This document shows, in pieces, positions 33,654 through 43,665 of a stretch of DNA of 64,000 nt. A model generated the notes under the pieces. It was not told the origin of the DNA and ran no database searches. It was given only the letters and a program-made list of their open reading frames with translations. Each line of letters opens with the position of its first letter. Position 1 is the first letter of the stretch. The stretch is from Candidatus Latescibacterota bacterium (lineage in GTDB: Bacteria > Latescibacterota > UBA2968 > SICM01), in NCBI GenBank assembly GCA_965217865.1, contig CBDCJO010000002.1, forward strand, positions 672,001-736,000. Reading direction: 5' to 3'. The translations under genes were made by a program, and so were the position numbers.

Positions 33654-34617
33654 TCAACGCTTACGAGATGGATTGATTTTTCTCTCCTCCTTCTCGCGCC
33701 GGGTAAGCCTTAGGGGAAGTTTCCCTGACTTCTTCGCGTTCACGAAGACAGGGTTCATCCAAAGGATTTCTGTTCGCGAATAATCCTTGCCTGTGGTGTC
33801 CCGTGTGGTAGTTTCGATCTTCGTCTTTTTCCATCCTTGCTTGGATGTAAGTAGCTCGTCGTATAGCTTGTTCTGGTACCCACTGATCAGCAGCATGCAT
33901 CGGGCCTTGAGGCACTTCTTCAGGAGCTTCTGATGGGAATTCTTCTTCGCGCGCATCAATGATGTAACCGTGCCATCTCTTTGTAAAGTAGGGCGGATCG
34001 AGATACATAAGTGTGGCTGGCCTATCCCCAAACATGTCCACCAACTCCCGAGCATCACGGTTTTCTACCCTAATCCCACGTAGTCTTTCGACCACCTTCT
34101 CAAGTCTGTCTGGTAGATTGCACCATCGGTTGACCCTTGCTTCGCGTCCCCCTCGAGCGTAGGACTGAGAATAAGACCAACCAGATCGTGTACCCATAGT
34201 TCCATTCACTGTCATCATTGTAGCCACTAAGAACCTTCGAGCTTGTTCGAGCGGGTCTATATCCGCCAGTTCTTCTTTCGTTACATGATCGCGGGCAAGC
34301 AGGAATTCCTCTCGAGCGTAAGGCGTGAGCTCTACAGCTCGGCAAAGAGCCTCAGCATTGTCCCTTAATTGAGAAAACAGGTTCACTATCTGCTTGTCTC
34401 TGTCGTTAATCACTTCGATAGGCACGGATTTCTTGCACAGAGTCAAGGCGGCAGATCCGCAGAATCCTTCAACCCAGGCGTTATGAGGGGGAAGAGTCTT
34501 GATTATTTTCTGGGCAATCGTCTGCTTGGCGCCGTAGTATCCAAACGGTGCGCGCGTAGGCTTGGCTTTAAGTGATTGCTCGTCGTGAGTCGGAGTCACA
34601 TATTCCCTACGCGACAT
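33654..34617 (-). pseudogene. DNA adenine methyltransferase (Dam/D12 class), +1 frameshift near 33937
   Basis: FGYYGAK, VEGFCGSAA, EVINDRD, VENRDA and YLDPPY. An extra C in gaattcccatcag shifts to HQKLL...LISGY...YD..L...RTEILWMN. Confidence 0.9.
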
Positions 34618-34691
34618 CGCCGTGACCTCTGTCAAAACGCGGACATCTGCTGCACTGCTGCACCTCTGGTTCCACTTCCCATGTGTCGGGT

Positions 34692-35591
34692 TCACCAAGC
34701 ACTTTGTTGGCCGGATTCTGAATTATTGTTAGTTCGTTCATGATAAACTGGCCATCTCTTCTCATTTGGTAGAAGATACAGATAGTACCACTCCCCTAAT
34801 CTTCGTGATGTAAGAACCTCGTTGCGAGTCCAGTAGAAACGCAGGGAGATCCGGGGAACTGCCTTTACTTCTATGTACCTCGGCGTGAGTGTTCCTGACT
34901 GCTCAAGCGTCACACTCTTTATGTCATAGCCTGCCGCAGTATCCACAATTGCGATATGCTGTACCTCCCGTTGATGCTCTTCGCCAACACATTCCCGTTC
35001 ATATTCCAGAATCAGTTCTTCAGCAGCAGTTCCTAATGACTCTTTATCGGCCTGCATTGCAGCTCTCGAAGACGGTGAACACATCCCCCTTCCGCTGTCT
35101 TGTGCCTCGACATAGAGGCCGATGTGTCCTGGCGTTACGTAGTAGTAGTCACCTTCCACATTGTGGCTAACAACACCAAGTTCGATAAGGAAGTTCCGGA
35201 CGTTGCTCTCATAGTGCCGAGTAGAGAACTCTGGATGGTACCTTGGTTCACCGCCCTCAATATGGAAGTTCTGAAGGTAGAGATATATGCCATTGCGGTA
35301 GACGTTGCCTGAGTTGAACAGGCAGCTCAGAATCCAAGACTGAGTCTCAGCCTCGTCAAGAAAAGATGGTAGGCTGCTCTCTATCGTGTTTGATCCATCT
35401 TCGCTAATGCCAGCGACAGCAGAAAGAAACGTCAATGTTTCTTCGAAGTTCTGAGCTCTCTCAAGGTAAAGTCGCCCAATGTGATCCGCTTTTGTGTACT
35501 CGGCATTTCTCAGCACAGACACCAGCGCCAATACCTGGCTCCATTTGAGTCCTGAGAATGAGTCGTCAGCGTTTGGGGAATAGTCTCTCAT
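34692..35591 (-). CDS. DUF3883 (NO VEIN C-terminal) PD-(D/E)XK nuclease-domain protein; C-terminus possibly frameshifted
   Basis: G.AAEELIL.YER, AGYDIKS, RYIEVK, FYWTRNE and YYLYL. Confidence 0.8.
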   Translation of the reverse strand: MRDYSPNADDSFSGLKWSQVLALVSVLRNAEYTKADHIGRLYLERAQNFEETLTFLSAVAGISEDGSNTIESSLPSFLDEAETQSWILSCLFNSGNVYRNGIYLYLQNFHIEGGEPRYHPEFSTRHYESNVRNFLIELGVVSHNVEGDYYYVTPGHIGLYVEAQDSGRGMCSPSSRAAMQADKESLGTAAEELILEYERECVGEEHQREVQHIAIVDTAAGYDIKSVTLEQSGTLTPRYIEVKAVPRISLRFYWTRNEVLTSRRLGEWYYLYLLPNEKRWPVYHERTNNNSESGQQSAW

Positions 35592-36325
35592 AGGCTTGGA
35601 GTTCGTCGTCCTCGCCAAACATATCCAGTGAGTAAATCGCGTACTCTTGATCGATGATATCGTTCATACGTTGGGCTTTTCGTTGGACATTCTGGAGAAT
35701 GTCGGCATCAATCGTGTCCTCATACTGGAGGAAATGGTAATGCGCCGGCTTATCCTCAGATCCCCCGACCCGATGGATTCGATCAAGCGACTGGACGTAC
35801 TGTGCGCAGTTATAGGATAAGTCATAGTAGACCGCGTTCGAGCACGTTTTGTGGAGAGATATGGATTCTGCACAAGCTGCTGGATTCGCGAGCAGTACCT
35901 CGATCCCGCTATCAGAGTTCACAAACTCTCGGATGATTTCGTCCCTGGTGAGTTCCTCGTCAATTCCGGAACGCTCTACTGGAGTGGCACCATAGATGAG
36001 CCTCACGCCTGTCAGCGGCTGGAGCGTATCACGGAGCATCTCCAGTGTTCGCACGAAATTCGACCAAATCACGACTTTTTCTCCGCGCTGGTAAAGATCC
36101 TGTACGAGCTGGACAAGATGTTCTACTTTGCTTGGTGTCTCCAGCTGGTCGTAATGCTTGATGATGTCGCTGAGAGAGATCGAACCTTCCAGCAGATTCT
36201 CATTGTAGTCGGTTACTTCACCTCCCAACAAGGCGGGATAGGAGAGGCATTGGCGCACTCTCATCATGCGTCCCTTCCTCAGACGTATTAGAAGGTCAAT
36301 GTCGCGCATGTAGTCTGCCGAGTTG
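35566..36325 (-). pseudogene. SNF2-family helicase, C-terminal (Helicase_C) fragment
   Basis: RQCLSYP.LL, SKVEHL, KVVIWSNFV.TL, ANPAACAESISLH and QSLDRIHRVG; no Walker A or DEAH half upstream. Confidence 0.85.
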
Positions 36326-36861
36326 GTCCGAGAAGATCCCGATGCGTTCGCGATGGTCGAGACAGAGCATCCCGATAACCTCCTCGCAGACTTTGAGAGG
36401 GAGACAGAGCAGGGATCGAATATGGTTCTTCCGGACACATTTGCTGGACCTGAACCGCTCATCCTCCAGAATGTCCTGACACAGAATGGCACCCTTCGCT
36501 GGACCACCTCATCCGTCAGATCGCGGCATAATATCATCGTATCCCGAATCGGTTCTCCCCCAGCGTCCCGACCCGTGGCGAGTTTGAACCTGCCCTCCCT
36601 CTCCTCCATGAGATAAACGACACCTCATGTTGCGACCGTTACCTCCAGGGAGATTTCTAGAATCTGATCCAACAGCTCCTTGCAGATCTCTCCTTGAGCT
36701 GATCGTCCCAGAAATCCTGTACAAGGTGCATTCGGACCAGTTCACGGTCGGACAGATCTTTGGGCTATTACCCAGTCTCCATTAGGGATAACCTTTCCTG
36801 AAACGGGTGAAAGGAAGTTAGATCAAGGTGTGCGGAAACCCATACCCACGCCTATAAGGAA

Positions 36862-36927
36862 GGGGCGCTTTCCCGGATAAGCTCTGACGCAAGCCGGGAA
36901 ATGCATCAGTCCGGACAAAAGCGCCCC
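36862..36927. repeat. Nested inverted repeat / long hairpin
   Basis: ggggcgcttt...aaagcgcccc encloses ctgacgca...tgcatcag, with an alternative stem tttcccgg...ccgggaaa. Confidence 0.65.
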
Positions 36928-37244
36928 CGTAGTCAGGTATCAAGTCCGATAGGCTCAAATGATAGGTCATCAGGGGTGGGAGGGCTTTGACCTGAAGTGA
37001 ATTTCTCGGCGCTTAACTCTTCTTTGAGGTCTGGGCGAAGAATGGGGTGATGGCTTGACGAACGCGGGTGCTTTTGCATTTGGGGCACTTCACTCGTTCC
37101 GTCTCGTGTTGAGCTATCGACAAGGTCAAAGTGAACCTTTTCTTGCACGACTGGCATTGATACTCGTAGGTAGACATGTCCTTTACTTCCTTCCGGTTGC
37201 AATTTGAGAGTCAGCCTGGTCGGAATCCCCAGGAATGGACCCTC

Positions 37245-37375
37245 TTTCTTAACGCGTTCTACCGTCTCACTCACGGCCGCCTTAACGGGTTCTGAGAGTC
37301 CCGTACCGTCCCCAAAGTCTTCCCTTCGATGCCGAATTCGATCAGCCGTCGAGGCAGTTGATCCAAGGCGCGCCG
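37245..37375 (-). pseudogene. C-terminal fragment of a hydrogenase maturation protease
   Basis: RALDQLPRRLIEFGIEG / DFGDGTGLSEPVKAAVSETVERV across one frameshift. Confidence 0.6.
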
Positions 37376-37424
37376 CAGGAATCGGACGAGTGTGGTAGAC
37401 CGTATGTATTGAGCGGAAAGGATC

Positions 37425-39167
37425 CTATGCGAAGAGCAGGGCCGCGAGCGTCCAACAGATCGCGGCCAACCCGGCGGCCATACTCGCCTGCGGGATTTGC
37501 GTCTTGACGTGATCCATCAGGTCACACCCCGTGGAAATCGAACTCAGAACGGTCGTGTCGGATATCGGAGAACACTGATCGCCGAACACACTTCCGTCCA
37601 TGACCGCTGCAAAGCAAAGCGTCAGGAAGAATTCCGGATGGGCCAGACCGTTCGCTCCGGCAACGGCCCAAGCCAGCGGCATCGCCAGCGGAAACGCGAC
37701 GGCGTAGGTCCCCCAACTCGTCCCGGTCGAAAAAGCGATCACGATCGTCAACGCCTGGAGCATCACGGGCAGCGCCCAGAACGGAATGCGTGCGCTCAAC
37801 AGATCGACGAGATAAGCGCCTCCGCCGGCCTCTTTGCTCACGCCGCCGATTGTGATGGCCAGAAGGAGAATGACCGAGCCGCCGACCACCCCCTTCATCC
37901 CGTCGGTGATCCCGTCGATCAGATCCTTCAAGGCCATCCCGCGGCCCAGGGCCATGAACGCGCACAGAAGGAGCGCACACCCGAAAGCCCATAACACGTT
38001 GGGCGAGCCGAAGGCGACAAACGTTCCGATCGCGATGGCGATCAGCACCACAAGGGGTAAAACGAAGTCGAGCAGATGGGGCCTGTAGTTTTCCGGCACC
38101 TGCACGTCGTGGAGTTCACGGGCCGCCAGGGGAGTCGCCTCGGGCGCGTCCAATCGGCCTGTTTGCCGAGCGCGGTCGATGGCCGCCATCAACCGTTTCC
38201 CGACAAAGAGCGGTTTCTCGATGCTCAGCAGAAACGTCCCCAGCACGGCGAAAATCGCGTAGAAACAGAAAGGCACGCTCTTGAAAAAGAACAGCACACG
38301 ATCGGTCTCCGTCGCCAGGAAACCGACCCCCGCGACGTAGATAAAGGCCTGAACGTAGCCTGGCCACGCGTTGAACGCCAACTGCGAAGCGATCGGAGAG
38401 GCGGTGGAGTCCACGATGTAGGAAAGCTCTTCGTGGCTGACTCTTTGGTCGTCCGCCAGCGGCTTGACCGTTGTTCCGACCAGCACCGTACTGACCGTTC
38501 CTCCCTGGAAAAACACGATCCCCAGCAGCCAAGCGACCAGCTTGGCAGAACGAGGTCCGGTCACGAATCGGCGCGCCATACACTCGGCAAAGGCCTGCGC
38601 AGCGCCCGTCTTCGACCAGATGCCGAGAAGCCCGCCCAGCAGCCAGAGGTACAGAACCAGCACGCTCGCCGCCGCGGTCGTAGAAAGCGACGTTACCAGA
38701 ACGTCACCGGTGATGTCGTAACGTCCTAGCAAGAACGCGCCCGCCACGACGCCCGCCAGAAGGGAGGTCATGGGCTCTTTCGTGATCCAGCACAGGGCAA
38801 TGGCCACGATCGCGGGCAAAAGGGACCAGTAGCCGAAGTGGGATCGCAGGTCCAGCCGATAGTACGCTGCGTCACCTTCAGGCGTGCCCCGCCAGACGAG
38901 TTCCTCCTTGATGCCTGGCGGCGCCGTCAACCGGACCGGATTCAGCTTCGCCTCCGCGTAGGGCACGACGTCAGCCAGATAAGCCCTCTTCTCGCGCTGG
39001 ATGAAGTATACGGCCCCTGTGTCGTCTTGATGCACGTCGAGCAGCGTTTCGTCGACCGACAGGGTAGGCTTCACATTCGACCCGACCCACATCGAGATGG
39101 CCAGCCCCGCGATCAGGATCAGCGGGACTTTCTTCTGCGCGACGAACCGCACGATCGGTGAGCGCAT
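37425..39167 (-). CDS. Na+/H+ antiporter NhaC-family protein
   Basis: WSLLPA..AI, SHEELSYIVDSTASP, FSTGTSWGT, GSVFGDQCSPISDTTVLSS and DHVKTQIP. Confidence 0.93.
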   Translation of the reverse strand: MRSPIVRFVAQKKVPLILIAGLAISMWVGSNVKPTLSVDETLLDVHQDDTGAVYFIQREKRAYLADVVPYAEAKLNPVRLTAPPGIKEELVWRGTPEGDAAYYRLDLRSHFGYWSLLPAIVAIALCWITKEPMTSLLAGVVAGAFLLGRYDITGDVLVTSLSTTAAASVLVLYLWLLGGLLGIWSKTGAAQAFAECMARRFVTGPRSAKLVAWLLGIVFFQGGTVSTVLVGTTVKPLADDQRVSHEELSYIVDSTASPIASQLAFNAWPGYVQAFIYVAGVGFLATETDRVLFFFKSVPFCFYAIFAVLGTFLLSIEKPLFVGKRLMAAIDRARQTGRLDAPEATPLAARELHDVQVPENYRPHLLDFVLPLVVLIAIAIGTFVAFGSPNVLWAFGCALLLCAFMALGRGMALKDLIDGITDGMKGVVGGSVILLLAITIGGVSKEAGGGAYLVDLLSARIPFWALPVMLQALTIVIAFSTGTSWGTYAVAFPLAMPLAWAVAGANGLAHPEFFLTLCFAAVMDGSVFGDQCSPISDTTVLSSISTGCDLMDHVKTQIPQASMAAGLAAICWTLAALLFA

Positions 39168-39358
39168 CAAGACGTACCTTTCTTCTGAGGGAACGGTCGG
39201 AATGGAAGCTTTGACACGTACTACGTACTGGCTTAAGTGAGGCTCAAGTGCTCTATGACAAACCGGGATAGCCGGCAGAGAAATCACTCCACGGCACAGT
39301 ATAAAGCAGGTCGTTGGACGGCCGCCCGCTGGCGTGGACTCGCCGCCAGCAAAACCGG

Positions 39359-40189
39359 TCAGAACTGGTACCTCGTGCTGAAACTGATCGCCCAGAATTG
39401 AATGTCATCCGTCACCATGGTGTATAGAACTCGATGGCCTCGGCCAACCCTGGAGTCGTGACTGCGGAGATGATCCCACTCTCGCCCATCCTCGAATTTG
39501 CCGAAATCCGCCCATCGGACTTTAAGCCCCACAGTGAATGGGTCGCTGACCCGATAATCCACACCGGCGAGCACCTGATAGCCAAGCAACGTGTCCGACA
39601 ACTTGGCCTCACCGATGGTGGTCCTGCCAGCAATGGTCTCATTCAGATCACGATCAGTAAATGTTGTGATAAAGCCCGGCTTATCATTCCGTTTGAATCG
39701 ACCGAAGTAATCGAGCGACACATATGCAGATCCCCCTCCAATGCCCAGGTAGGGTGTAAATCGTGAGTCCGAGGCAACGTCATAGTACAGGTTGGCGAAG
39801 ACGTTGTGCGACAATACGTCATCGATCCTGCCTTCCACGATTTCGAGTTCTTGCTCCAACTTGGCAAGGGTGACCTCGTCGCTAACATCTTGCCCGGAAT
39901 CGCGGTCATCGTGGGTTGTGGTTCGATGGAGATATTCCCCCTCGCCCCTCAAGTTCCCCCAGCGATACCCGAGGGCAATCCCCGCCAGCGCGGCAACGAG
40001 ATCCGGCGGCAACTCCGCATCGCCCTCTTCCTCGAGAATCTCGGTGTCGTTGGTCAGAGGAGCGAGCGCCCATTCGACCGTCATGGAAAAACGGCCATCG
40101 GCCTCGAACTGCATAAAGGTCGGAACGGGAACTTCCGCTGCCTGCAGTTTCCACGTGCCGATCAATTCATCGGTCTGTGCAATGGGCAC
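39359..40189 (-). pseudogene. Chimeric ORF: lipocalin-like N-terminal piece fused to the C-terminal part of an OMP paralogous to 30401-31375
   Basis: LIGTWKL...F.ADG.F, then from ~39975 ALGYRWGNLR.E.EY, HNVFANLYYD...SRFTPYLG.G.G, GYQVLAGVDY and terminal YQF; no signal peptide. Confidence 0.7.
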
Positions 40190-40194
40190 CGGTC

Positions 40195-40465
40195 CAGAAT
40201 ACCGTATGGCTCACCAGCACCGAGCCACGCAAACGATGACGTAACTCTCACGCACTTCGGGCAGAGTGGGACTATTCTTGACGGCATCCTCATCAATGCC
40301 ATGAATGTCGACATTCCACGGATCGAACCAATCCTCTGGATCGATCAAGGTCTGCCACTGGTCTTGGATCTCGCCGTCCTGAACGTGGGCAATACCAATC
40401 TGACAGATACTGGCGCGATTTGCGTTAGCGGTCTCCACGTCAATAGAATTGAATGTCAACACACT
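40195..40465 (-). pseudogene. DEDDh 3'-5' exonuclease (DnaQ-like) N-terminal fragment
   Basis: IDVETAN..RASICQIG, LIDP...FDP.NV.IHGI and V.NSPT; frameshifted and truncated. Confidence 0.8.
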
Positions 40466-40596
40466 TGGCACTCCCTTGTGAAGTGGTGCAATGCCTGGGG
40501 CAAAGCTTCGCGGAACGCGCTTTCACAGGGCCACCCAGATCAGAGAAGACTTCAGCAATGGGAACCAACCGGTTGACGCTTCCATGGCTTTTCGTC

Positions 40597-40803
40597 CTAG
40601 CCGGCAGCCCGTCCGGTGATGGCCTCGCGCAATCCTTCCAGCAGCCCTTCCAGGTGCGCCATGCGTTCGCGAAGCTCACCCACCTCGCCGCGCAAGTCGT
40701 TGATTTGCGCTTCCAGCCGCGCCTCAGTCCCCCTTAAACTCGTGAGGATCACCCCCGCTAGCGCTACACCCACAGCCAAAATTGCAATCATTTCCCCGCT
40801 CAT
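40597..40803 (-). CDS. Small TM + coiled-coil protein (68 aa)
   Basis: MSGEMIAILAVGVALAGVIL followed by heptad LRGEVGELRERMAHLEGLLEGLREAI; RBS aggagga. Confidence 0.75.
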   Translation of the reverse strand: MSGEMIAILAVGVALAGVILTSLRGTEARLEAQINDLRGEVGELRERMAHLEGLLEGLREAITGRAAG

Positions 40804-41117
40804 GCTTTCCTCCTGATGCGTTTTTTGATTTCCTGGACAGCAAACAAGGGCAACCTGATACACCAATCTACGGTCGAACCCATCCAAAAATGACCTGCTG
40901 GGAGATAGAAAAGCCATCTCGATTTCCTGTAAGACTCTACATTTCGGTTCTTGCTCTTTCATCCAAGGAAACCTTTATCGACAAGCACCAATTATCCTTA
41001 CGTGTGAAAAGATAGGTTTGGAGGTCCTCAATGTCAAGGGGAAAGGGGCTCATCACCCCGTGGACTTGACCCGGTTTCGTGGATACCTTATTACTTGGCA
41101 GAAAGGAGGATGCTACG

Positions 41118-41432
41118 ATGCCGAGGTCACATTCGCCGTATCCACCGGAGTTCAAGCGGCAGATTGTAGAACTGGTGCGAGCGGGTCGCACGCCCCATGA
41201 GTTGTCCCGTGAGTTCGAGACGTCGGCCCAGGCGATCCGGATCTGGATGCGGCAGGCCGATCTGGATGAGGGCCTCCGCAGTGACGGTCTGATCACCGAG
41301 GAGCGGGAGGAGATCAGACGACTGCGCCGCGAGAATAGGCAGTTGCGACAGGAGCGGGAGATCCTTGCAAAAGCCGCGGCCTGGTTCGCTCGGGAGACCA
41401 ACTCGGTGCCAGGGGAGTCTACGAGTTCGTGA
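41118..41432 (+). CDS. IS3 transposase OrfA
   Basis: YPPEFKRQIVELVRAGR HTH and leucine zipper EIRRLRREN.QLRQEREIL.KA; AAAAG near 41368. Confidence 0.92.
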   Translation: MPRSHSPYPPEFKRQIVELVRAGRTPHELSREFETSAQAIRIWMRQADLDEGLRSDGLITEEREEIRRLRRENRQLRQEREILAKAAAWFARETNSVPGESTSS

Positions 41433-42289
41433 AAGCCAATCAGGCCTTATATAAAGTAGCCACGATGTGCCGGGTCCTGGAAGTCTCCACCAGTGGGTAC
41501 TACGCGTGGCTCAAGCGGCCGCTGTCGGCACGAGCGCAGGCCGATGTGGCTCTGACGGAACGGATCGTGAAGATTCACAAGTGTTCTGACGGCACCTGTG
41601 GTGTCCCGCGCATATACGAGGAGCTTGTAGCCGAGGGGGAGCGGATCGGTCGCAAGCGCGTTGCGCGGTTGATGCGTGCTGCAGGCCTGGAGGGCGTAAG
41701 TCGTCGCAAACGGCATCGAACCACCTACCGTGATCGCGATGGGCGCGTCGCTGCTGACCTGGTCAATCGAGATTTCACGGCTAACGGGCCAGACCAGCTC
41801 TGGGTAGCCGACATCACTTACATCAGTACGTGGGCCGGCTTCCTGTATCTCGCGGTCGTTGTGGACGCCTGGAGCCGCCGCGTCGTTGGCTGGGCGATGG
41901 CGACCCATCTGCGCGGCGAGCTGGTGACCGAGGCGTTGAATATGGCGCTCTGGCAACGACAGCCGGAAGCCGTCATCCATCACTCCGACCAGGGATGTCA
42001 GTACACCTCCATTGCCTTCGGTCTACGGTGCCGCAAGGCCGGTGTCCGGCCCTCTATGGGCTCCACCGGTGACTGCTACGACAACGCGTTATGCGAGAGC
42101 TTCTTCGCCACGCTCGAATGCGAACGCCTGGATCGCCGAAACTACCGCACACAGGCCGAAGCCCGGATGTCCGTATTTCAATACATCGAGGGCTGGTACA
42201 ACTCCCATCGGCGACACTCAGCACTCGGATATCTCTCTCCAATGAACTTTGAGCAGACCTCCAGCGCTGTTGCCCATGAAGCCGAATGA
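41429..42289 (+). CDS. IS3 transposase OrfB (rve integrase core)
   Basis: WVADITY, LAVVVDAWSRRVVGW, HHSDQGCQY and CYDNALCESFF. Confidence 0.95.
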   Translation: MKANQALYKVATMCRVLEVSTSGYYAWLKRPLSARAQADVALTERIVKIHKCSDGTCGVPRIYEELVAEGERIGRKRVARLMRAAGLEGVSRRKRHRTTYRDRDGRVAADLVNRDFTANGPDQLWVADITYISTWAGFLYLAVVVDAWSRRVVGWAMATHLRGELVTEALNMALWQRQPEAVIHHSDQGCQYTSIAFGLRCRKAGVRPSMGSTGDCYDNALCESFFATLECERLDRRNYRTQAEARMSVFQYIEGWYNSHRRHSALGYLSPMNFEQTSSAVAHEAE

Positions 42290-42330
42290 ATCGCAACTGA
42301 TAAACCGTCCGCTAAACCGGGGTAACTCCA

Positions 42331-43665
42331 CCCATTGCACAGGTGCTGCGGAAATGGGGCATTCATTCCTCGGATCTAAAGCGTATTCGTGAGTCGGTCA
42401 AGTCCGGGGCCCTCAAGGAGTTCAAGGGTCGCCGGAGCCGCAAGCCGATGGTATCGGCTGAGGAGGTGGAGCAGCTGCGCAAAGAGCGGGCACGCCTGGA
42501 GCAAACGATCATTGAGCAATCTGTGGAACTTTCCCTGCTAAAAAAAAGTGTGAATGGGATCTGACAGGCCCGATCAAGGGCCACCGGGTGCAAGCTGAGG
42601 TCAAACGCGAGATCCTCTTAATGGTCCATCGGGCCAAGGAGAAAGGGGTGAAACTCACCCGTTCTTGCGAGATCCTACAGCTTCCCCTCCAGCGGTATTG
42701 TGCCTGGAGCCGGCGAGATCGAGAAGAGAAGCTGGATGGGGTGTCGGACCCGCTTTTGGATGGGAAGCCCGGGCCCGCCCCTGATGAGGCCCCACACGGA
42801 TTGCTGAGGGAGGAGAAAGAGCAAATCCCGGCCCTCTTAAGGGATGAGACCTATGCCGATCTGCCTCCCCATCAGCTGGCGGTGGTAGCCTCAGAGAAGG
42901 GGGTAGTGCAGGCCTCGGCCTCCAGCTTCTACCGACAGGCCAGGAAAGAACGTCTGGCACGCAGGAAACAGGTGAGGACGCCGGTCAAGCAGAGCAAGCC
43001 CCAGGTCAAACCTGAAGGTCCTAATCAGGTCTGGAGCTGGGACCTGACCTACATCCCATTTTTCGGTTTGTTCCTGTATTTTACCGCCATTCTCGACGTG
43101 TATTCCAGGAAGATCGTAGGATGGAAGCTCTCCTTCAACGCGACCGTGGAGCAGGTCAAACAGGCCTGGGATCAAGCCCTTGCCAACGAAGGACTGCTGG
43201 ACACTGGGCCCATAAGCTTGACAGCCCTCTCAGATCACGGATCTCAGATGAAGGCCAAATCGATGGCCCAATTCTTCAAGGACCTGGGCATCTCGCAGCT
43301 GTTTGCCCGATATCAAACACCCACGGACAACGCCTGGATCGAAGCCTTTTTCCGGACATTCAAATACGACTGGCTGCGCTTCCAGGACATCTTCACATTC
43401 CATCAACTGGAAGGCCTGATTGATTCCTTCATTCACAGCTACAACGCCGAACGCTATCACGGGGCAATACAGTATGTCACGCCTCTTCAGAGGCATAAAG
43501 GCCAGCATCAAAAGATTCTTCACCACCGACAAGGTCGAAAGGAGGAGGCTCGGCAGCGCCGCATAGAAATCAATCGGCAAAGAACATCCCAGACCATCCA
43601 CAAGGCTGCCTGAATCTTGCTTGGACCTTTATCTGCTTTTCTCTTGTTATCTCAGAATAGATACA
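42331..43665 (+). mobile_element. Second IS3-family element lacking its left end; A-rich frameshift site
   Basis: OrfA tail (to 42564) ends ELSLLKK at an A8G slippery run (42540-42548). OrfB 42588-43613 has WSWDLTY, LDVYSRKIVGW, SDHGSQM and DNAWIEAFF. Ends ...ctcagaatagataca. Confidence 0.85.

Larger units (their letters stand above)
41061..42330 (+). mobile_element. IS3-family insertion sequence (complete)
   Basis: TG...CA ends with IRs tggacttgacccggtttcgtgga / tccgctaaaccggggtaactcca; orfA and orfB overlap; no clear target duplication. Confidence 0.93.
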
